A stretch of 64,000 nucleotides of DNA from Eledone cirrhosa (lineage: Eukaryota): NCBI GenBank assembly GCA_964016885.1, contig OZ024745.1:124062001-124126000 (forward strand), in the 5' to 3' direction. Position numbers and translations under genes: made by a program. This document shows positions 55,035 to 64,000 of this stretch, piece after piece; positions within the stretch are counted from its first letter, which is position 1, and the number at the start of each line of letters is the position of its first letter. The notes below the pieces were generated by a model, which was not told where the DNA came from, did no database searches, and was given only the letters and a program-made list of their open reading frames with translations.

Positions 55035-55870
55035 TAGTGGTAGTGGTAGTGGTAGTGGTGGTGGTGGTGGTAGTGGTACTGGTAGTGGTGCTGGTGGTAG
55101 TGGTGCTGGTGGTGATGATGGTGGTAGTGGTGGTGAAGGTAGTGGTGGTGGTGGTGGTGGTAGTAGAGGTGATGATGGTGGTAGTGGTGGTGGTGGTGGT
55201 AGTGGTGCTGGTAGTGGTGCTGGTGGTGATGATGGTGGTAGTGGTGGTGAAGTCAGTGGTGGTGGTGGTGGTGGTAGTAGAGGTGATGATTGTGGTAGAG
55301 GTGGTGGTGGTGGTGGTGGTAGTAGAGGTGATGATGGTGGTAGAAGTGGTGGAGGTAGTGGTGGTGGTGGTGGTTGGTAGAGGTGGTGGAGGTAGTGGTG
55401 GTGGTGGTGGTAGTGGTGGTGGTGGTTGATGTAGTGGTAGCGGTGATGGTGGTAGTAGTGACGTTGGTGGTGGTTGATGTAGTGGTAGTGGTGATGGTGG
55501 TAGTGGTGATGTTGGTAGTGGTGATGTTGGTGGTGGTGGTAGTGGTGGTAGTGGTGTTGGTGGTTGTGGGTGGTCGTGGTAGTGGTGTTGGTGGTAGTGG
55601 GTGGTGGTGGTAGTGGTCGTGGTGGTGGCGGTGGTTGTAGTGGCGGCGGTGGTGGTAGTGGCGCTGGTGGTGGTGGTAGTGGTTGTTGGTGTGGTAGTAG
55701 TAGTGGTCATGGTGATAGTACTAGTAATGGCAGTGGGGATATAGATGGTGACTGTTAATGGTATTGTTGTTGTTGTTGTTGCTGTTGGTAGTGGTGGTAG
55801 TGGTGGTGAAGGTAGTGGTCATGGTGTTGTTTGTGGCGCTGTTATCGGTAATGGTGGTAGTATGGTAGTA
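55035..55870. repeat. (GGT/GTA)n low-complexity tract
   Basis: Direct reading. Confidence 0.92.
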
Positions 55871-56276
55871 GTATGGTAGTAGTAATTCTGGTGGTTTTAC
55901 AGTTGTTAGTGTGGTGTTGATGTTAGTGGGTTTGATATGTTAGAATAGGTGATAGAGGGTCACAACCTCTTATCCGAAAACCTTGGGACCAGACACTTTT
56001 AGGATCTGGGAATTTTTCGGATTTCGGAATGGAAGATTTTTAGCATAGATTTTAAAGCTTTTAAAGAGAGGTAGAGGGAGAGAGAGAGAGAGAGGGGGAG
56101 AGAGAGATAGGCAAAGAGAAAGAATGAGGTAAAGAGAGAGAGTGAGAGAGAGGGAGAGAGTAAGTGAGTAGAGTGAGAGAGGGAGAGATTAAGTGAGATA
56201 GAGAGAGAGAGGGAGGGGTAAAGAGAGACGGTGATATACATATATATGTATGTATATATACTCATATATATATATA

Positions 56277-56472
56277 GGCAACACGGTAAAAACCTGCCAG
56301 CCCCACACTGTAAATGTGGTTGGTGTTAGGAAGGGCATCCAACTGTAGAAAACCTGCCAGACAGTCTTATGCGAGCAAGACAATCACTCTTGCCTCAAGT
56401 GGGACTACCCCCGTCCAAACCCATGCAAGCGTGGAACACGGACGTTAAACGTTGATGATGATGATGATGATG
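56277..56472 (+). mobile_element. RTE 3' UTR or SINE tail fragment
   Basis: Similar to 9910-10110. Confidence 0.8.
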
Positions 56473-56550
56473 ATATATATATCTATATATATACACACAT
56501 ATATATATATATATATACACACATATATATATATAAGGGTACCAAGACCA

Positions 56551-56660
56551 ATGACAGTCTGTCTTCTTTAGCTACCTACCTCTCCTTCTCCCCCCTTTCT
56601 TTCACTCACCCCCTCTCTCTCTCCCTCTATATATATAGGTATATATATATACACATATAC

Positions 56661-56716
<56 letters not shown>

Positions 56717-56795
56717 GTATACATATACACATATATATATATATTTATATATATATATATATATACATACATACATATATATACACACACATATA

Positions 56796-56882
<87 letters not shown>

Positions 56883-56953
56883 GGGGGAGGGTGAAAGAAG
56901 GGTGTGTGTGTGTGAGAAGGAGAGGTAGGTAGCTCTAGAAGACAGACTGTCAT
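56551..56953. repeat. Foldback: 40-bp inverted arms enclosing (CT)n-(TA)n-(GA)n
   Basis: 56551-56590 versus the reverse complement of 56914-56953, 38/40 identical. Confidence 0.85.
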
Positions 56954-57059
56954 GGTATGGCATGAACTAAATAGATAGATTGGTAAAAATCACGTATCCC
57001 TGCAGGCAAAGACTTCACCTCCATTGTTTGATTACTACTTCCGTTTGTCACTAAACACT

Positions 57060-57983
<924 letters not shown>

Positions 57984-58010
57984 ATGTAATAAACAACATA
58001 AGGCAATTAT

Positions 58011-58068
58011 TCCATTTACCAGTGGTTTCTTAAAAGCAAAAGGTTTTGCTTTCAATCTTCAGAACGAA
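58011..58068 (-). ncRNA. Type I hammerhead ribozyme motif (family H4 variant)
   Basis: Reverse complement: TTCGTT CTGAAGA TTGAAAGCAAAA-CC-TTTTGCTTTTAA GAAA CCACTGG TA AATGGA. Confidence 0.8.
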
Positions 58069-58261
58069 CAAATCCTGGTTTGTTTATTGAATTTGGATCT
58101 TAAAAACAAAAAAAGCAAGCTATATGTAAGCTCTGTTGCTTACATAGAGCACTCTTTTTTCCTGGACTTTTCCGACGGAATTACTTCATTCACACACTCA
58201 AAAACAAGATGGCGTAGGACAGAACAAAGGAGAGGCACAAAAAACAAAGAAAAGAACCCCA

Positions 58262-58304
58262 GTCACTGAAGAGGTCACAGAATGTGTGACGAAAGAACTT
58301 TGAC
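58262..58304 (+). ncRNA. Minimal hammerhead-like motif (family H3)
   Basis: GTCA CTGAAGA G GTCACA-GAATG-TGTGAC GAAA GAAC TT TGAC, identical to 42906-42948. Confidence 0.6.
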
Positions 58305-58452
58305 AATATATAAATAACCATCTGGTTGTGGAACCAACCAACCAACCGGAAATTTATAAATTCTTAAATTTATAAATTTAATTTATAATAAATTGGAGTG
58401 AAAGCAAGTGGTGCGTGTGTTTCTTATTGGCAACATGACCCTCCCAAAGTAT

Positions 58453-58488
<36 letters not shown>

Positions 58489-59002
58489 TACCCTCCACAT
58501 CACTCCTCTATCTTTGCTTCCCCTCCTGTCTCTCTCTTCCTCAGCCCATCTCTTTCCCTCACTCTTTCCTCCCCTCTCTATCTATCTATCTATCTATTTT
58601 AGTCCCTGCATAAAACCTCTCTTTTTGCCTTACCTACTCACTCTCCCCCTCTCTCTCACACCCACCCTCTCACACCGTGTTCTCCCCCTCCAACACACCT
58701 TCACTATCCTCTATTTTCCACCATTCTCTGAAACATTCCTACTCATTATTTATCTTCATCACAAGACTCACAATGTATAACCACACACATACATACACAT
58801 GCATACACATATATGCATGTATATGTGTATATGTATATACACATACATAAGTATATCTATATATATTGTTTTTATAATTTTATATACAATATATATATAT
58901 ATGTGTGTATGTATGTAAAAGGTAAGCAGAAATAATAAAGCATACGGCACAGTACATTGAAGCATTATATATTAGTTTAACGCTTGAAATAGCAGGAAAA
59001 GT

Positions 59003-59040
59003 ATCTTAGCATTTTAGACACTAGTCCTTTATCAGAAGAT
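59003..59040 (-). ncRNA. Degenerate minimal hammerhead remnant (family H5)
   Basis: Reverse complement: ATCTT CTGATAA AGGACTAGTGTCT AAAA TGCT AAGAT; both core boxes mutated. Confidence 0.4.
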
Positions 59041-59187
59041 AGAGTTAGAAATAGGAGACAAATAGAAAGCTAAAGAGTGAGAAAAGAAAGGGGAAAAAAT
59101 CACATGCATATTCTGTCAGCCATATAATGTATATATGGCTGACAGAATACGCATATATATATATATGTATATATATATATGTATATA

Positions 59188-59240
<53 letters not shown>

Positions 59241-59251
59241 GTATATATCTG

Positions 59252-59287
<36 letters not shown>

Positions 59288-59355
59288 TGTATATATCTGT
59301 ATATATATATATATATATATCTGTATATATCTGTATATATATATATATATATTTC

Positions 59356-59500
59356 TATTTCTGAAGACGGCATATATATGTGTTTGGTATGTATATTTAA
59401 TTTTGATAGTTTGTATAATTTTGTATAATTTTGTACATAGATCTGTTGAATATGCATGCCAATTCTAACACATATATATCCTAGAAACGATCGTTAAATA
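59356..59500 (+). ncRNA. Type I hammerhead motif with a very long stem II (family H6)
   Basis: Stem I TATTT/AAATA; CTGAAGA 59361-59367; ~116-nt stem II hairpin; GAAA 59484-59487; palindrome CGATCG; TT. Confidence 0.7.
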
Positions 59501-59502
59501 AT

Positions 59503-59691
59503 TGTTTCTATTTTAGGCACAAGGCCAGCAAATTACCCAGTGCATTACTGGTACTTTATTTTATCGACCCCGTAAGGATGAAAGGCAAAGTCAACCTCGG
59601 CGGGATTTGAACTCAGATCGTAAAGGGACGTAACTATGCTGGAAAGCATGGCGTCCGACCCTCTACCGATACTGCCAATCCACCACCCATG
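59503..59691 (-). mobile_element. Full-length, probably young SINE S1 with 14-bp TSD
   Basis: GATCGTTAAATAAT at 59489-59502 and 59692-59705. Confidence 0.92.
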
Positions 59692-59910
59692 GATCGTTAA
59701 ATAATGAACTTTTTTTGTTTAATATAAGGAACTGTTTCATTGTTTTATTCATTATTTTTTTAATATTTTATCTTGACTCTGTATTCCGTTTATCTTTCAC
59801 CGAAAGTGATTTTTCATTGCATCTCTTCTTTCCATGATATCCGGATTACATTGAGTTCTTCATACGGATTGGACACTACCGTAAACTCTTGGTAGATTTA
59901 TCTACATATA

Positions 59911-60439
59911 TCTATATATATATATAAAATTAAGTATGTGTGTGTGTGTGTCTGTGTATTACCTATAGGGGCCTACATCTTACGACCGATTTTCATGAAA
60001 CTTTACAGGCTCATAGATTAATCATCGGGGAGTGTTTTCTCTATATCAGCGTATCGTTTTTTTTTTTATTCTGGAGTCATTCGGCAGATAAAAATCGATA
60101 GGAGGGTCACCTTTTTTTAGGTATCGAAAAATAGGATTTTTGGCTCTAGCTCCCACATTTTGCCACCGATTTCGTTCAAATTTTAAAGCAAAATAGAATT
60201 TATCATTGCACATCCTCTAATTGCTTTATATTTTGCATTTGTTGTTCAGGAACGACGTGGCAGCAGTTTAAATATTAAAAAATACCACATTAATCAACCT
60301 ACTTTGTTCAAATTTTACACTACGATAGATCTGATTATTTCACGTCTTAAAATGGATTTACATTTTGAATTTTTTTATTCAGGAACGGCGTGGCAGCCGC
60401 TTAAATATTCAAAAATACCACCTTTTGGCTCAAATTTCC
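59911..60439 (+). mobile_element. Helitron-like element 5' part
   Basis: TCTATATATA..TAAAA start, (GT)n tract, ACCGATTTTCATGAAACTT motif; CpG-richer than background. Confidence 0.55.
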
Positions 60440-60609
60440 GCACAAGGCCAGCAATTACGCAGTACATTACTGGTACTTTATTTTATCGACCCCGTAAGGA
60501 TGAAAGGCAAAGTTAACCTCGGCGGGATTTGAACTCAGAATGGCAAGGGCCGTAACTCTATGCTAGAAACCATGGTGTCTGACCCTCTACCGATACTGCC
60601 AATCCACCC
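60440..60609 (-). mobile_element. SINE S1
   Basis: S1 homology. Confidence 0.88.
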
Positions 60610-60699
60610 GATATATAATAATAGTGATTATTTATTGTTATTTTAACATTTTTTATTTATTTATATATTATATTCATAGTAAGAGTCATTGTCATAAGC

Positions 60700-60804
60700 A
60701 TCACAGTTATTTTCATCATCATCATCACTATGATCATCAGAATTGTGATCATCATCATTCCCATCATCATCATCACCATAGTCTTCACTACTGCCTCCAC
60801 TACC

Positions 60805-60835
<31 letters not shown>

Positions 60836-62290
60836 GCAACACTGCAACCCAGAACACCATCACCACTATTATCATCATCACCATCACCATAGTCATCACC
60901 ACTGCCACCATTTCTACCACCAACATCACCACCACTACCACCACCACCACCACGACAACCACCAACACGACGACCACCACCACCACCGCATACATCACCA
61001 CCACCACCACCACAATCACCACTATAACCATCACCATCACCACCATCACCACCACCACCACCACAATCACCACTATAACCATCACCATCACCACCATCAC
61101 TACCATCACCACCACCACAATTGCCACTATAAACATCACCACCACCACCATCACCACCACCACAATTGCCACTATAACCATCACCATCACCATCACCACC
61201 ATCACCACCACCACCACCACCACAATCACCACTATAACCATCACCATCACCACCATCACTACCATCACCACCACCATCACCACCACCACAATTGCCACTA
61301 TAAACATCACCATCACCACCATCACCACCATCACCACCACTACCATCACCACCACCAAAATCACCACTACCACCATCACCACTACCACCATCATCGCTAT
61401 CAACATTACCACCATCACCACTACCACTATCACCACCACTATCACCACCACTACCACCACTACCACGAACTATCACCACCACTACCACCACTACCATCAC
61501 CACCATTAGCACTATCACCACCACTACCATCACTACCATCACCACCATCACCACTATCAACATCACTATCACCACCACTACCACCACTACCATCACTGCC
61601 ATCACCACCACCACCACTACCACTATCACCACCACCACCACCATCACTACCATCACCACCATCACCACTATCAACATCACTATCACCACCACTACCACCA
61701 CTACCACCACTACCACCACTACCATCACCACCATCACCACTACCACTATCACCACCACTACCACCACTACTACCACCACCATCACTACCATCACCACTAT
61801 CAACATTGCCACTACCACCACAACTACAACCACCACCACCACTACCATCACCACCATCAACACTATTAACATCATCACTACCACCACCAACGCCTCCACA
61901 AACGCAACCAGCACAACTATCAACATCATCACCAACAACACCACTACCAACACCACCACTATCAACACCACCATCGCCACTATAAAGATTACCAACACTA
62001 CCACTACAATCACCAACACCACAACCACCACCACCATCACCACTATCACCACCATCACCACTACCACCACCACCATCACCACCACGCACCACCACCACCA
62101 CTACCATCACTACTACCACTGCCACCACCATCACCACCATCACCACCACCACCACTACCACCACCATCACCACCACCACCACTACCACCACCACCACTAC
62201 CACCACCACCACCATCACCACCATCACCCCCTACCCCCCACTACCACCACCACCATCACCACTACCACCACCACCACCACCACACATCCC
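60700..62290. repeat. (CAC/CAT/TAC)n low-complexity tract
   Basis: Direct reading. Confidence 0.92.
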
Positions 62291-63029
62291 TCTTCTTCTT
62301 CTTCCCCTCCTCCTCACCCCCCATCTTCTCCTGCTTCTCATTATCATCATTAATCTCATTATAATCATTTATCTGTTGATTCTCATTATAGCCCCATTGT
62401 TTTTGCAATTTTTCATCCATATTTATTCTTTGCATGAATTAATTAGTGAGCCACCAAATTTTCTCTACACTTGTTAACCACACACCAAGGTTGTTACACT
62501 CAAAATATTAAAATAGCAGCTAAACCAGCCAAACCCAGAGGGGGTTTGGCTATATGGGCATTTGGGCAGTGACCCATGGAAAGCTGGGTTAAGTAGAAGA
62601 AACAGCTGAAAAAAAAACTGAAGTCATAACTGCTGTATGATGATTTGAAATGCAAATGGAATGTACATAAGCTGAACTGTGTAAACACAAACCTCTGGCC
62701 CTCAACAGTCTGCAATCTGTTAGTCAGTGTTGTCTGGATGCCTGAGCTGGTTTTAAGACCCAGTTCAGTTCTGGGCAAAGATCATCAAAATTACACACTG
62801 CCATAGTGAATAAAATACCAAGCTGCCCTATTCTCCACTGCCAGAGTAAGAAAAAAAAACCAAAACTGAGCCACTCTATTCTCCATTTATTTGTTAACCA
62901 CAAGCCAATGTGTGCGCCTTTTTCTGCATAGTTATTACACAAAATGCTAGAAATAGCTACCAAATCTCACTAAAACCACCCACTACTATAGTAAAACATA
63001 GGAAGGTCACAGTGAACATAGTAGTTCAG

Positions 63030-63066
63030 GAAGAAGAAGAAGTAGAAGAAGAAGAATCAGCAGCAT

Positions 63067-63108
<42 letters not shown>

Positions 63109-63445
63109 AAGAAGAAGAAGAAGAAGAAAAAGAAAAAGAAAAAGAAGAAGAAGAATCAGCAGTAGTAGTAGAAGAAGAAGAAAAAGAAAAAAGAAGAAGA
63201 ATAAGAAGAATAAGAAGAAGAAAAGAAGAAATAGAAGAATCAGCAGCAGCAGTAGTAGTAGTAGTAGTAGAAGAAGAAGAAGAAGAAGAAGAAGAAGAAG
63301 AAGAAAAAGAAGAAGTAGAAGAAGAAAAAGAAGAAGCAGTAGTAGTAGTTGTAGAAGAAGAAGAAGAAGAAGAAGAAGAAGAAGAAATAGAAGAAGAATC
63401 AGCAGCAGTAGTAGTAGTAGTAGTAGTAGAAGTAGAAGAAGAAGA
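63030..63445. repeat. Alternating (GAA)n/(GTA)n compound repeat
   Basis: Direct reading. Confidence 0.92.
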
Positions 63446-63940
63446 ATTATCAGTAATAGACCAACAACAACAACAAAGATGACAGCTATGACCATCAATG
63501 TAATAAGTTCTATGTGGTGCAGGTGTTTAAGTTTTCCTTTTATAGCTTTGTACAAAATCAAACACTAATCACACTATCACTTTTTATTTTTCAGATTCTA
63601 ATTTGAATTTCCTCATAAAACATTTTTATGGACATACAACCAGCAGCTGGTCTTATTACATGACATTTTGCATCTCTTATATTCTCCATTATAAAATATT
63701 TAACAATTGCAGTGTGATATATATATTCATTCTATGCTATAAAACACATTTGTTGTAATATTCACTCCTACTTTATTTTCATTTTATATTAATGTTATAA
63801 GGTACAACATTCTTTTTCAAATGATAGTCTGAATCTCTTTTTCCCCACCACAACCTACCAGAATGATCAATTCAAGTAAGGAGGTGACTCTATGTTATTA
63901 GATTTAATTTTCAACATTTGAGCTTTCATATTATTATAGT

Positions 63941-64000
63941 TGGCGGTGAATTGACAGAGTCGTTAAGACGTCAGATAGAATACTTTACGGTATTCGTCCC
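63941..64000 (+). mobile_element. SINE S1-like 5' head, cut by the window edge
   Basis: TGGCGGTGAATTGACAGAGTCGTTAAG resembles the head of 44556-44744. Confidence 0.5.

Noticed and set aside
62515-62592. Three-way junction ending in GAAA-GCTGG (type III hammerhead?)
   Set aside because: No CTGANGA box and no UH; only simple hairpins.

Overview
This is eukaryotic, AT-rich DNA dense in microsatellites and transposon remnants. The SINE, RTE and MITE repertoire resembles that of octopus or another coleoid cephalopod (inference). I found no recognisable intact host protein-coding gene; nearly all ORFs in the track are low-complexity artefacts. Main contents: (1) a ~12.4 kb satellite of 17-bp units with higher-order structure (12291-24658); (2) a nested retroelement cluster at 30.1-34.3 kb, made of an R4/Dong-type element in (TAA)n split by a nearly intact 5'-truncated RTE LINE with a PHD-like finger, followed by a Tx1/L1 fragment fused to a SINE tail; (3) many tRNA-derived SINEs, piggyBac- and mariner-type MITEs, and Helitron-like elements; (4) about 12 type I hammerhead-ribozyme-like motifs from about 6 unrelated short non-coding element families. 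Item 4 is the most notable. These motifs mostly sit next to (TA)n/(CA)n microsatellites, three lie in long inverted duplications that place a ribozyme motif on both strands, and two families show pairing-preserving variation between copies. This architecture is typical of Penelope-like element pLTRs or retrozymes. All alignments and folds were done by eye.
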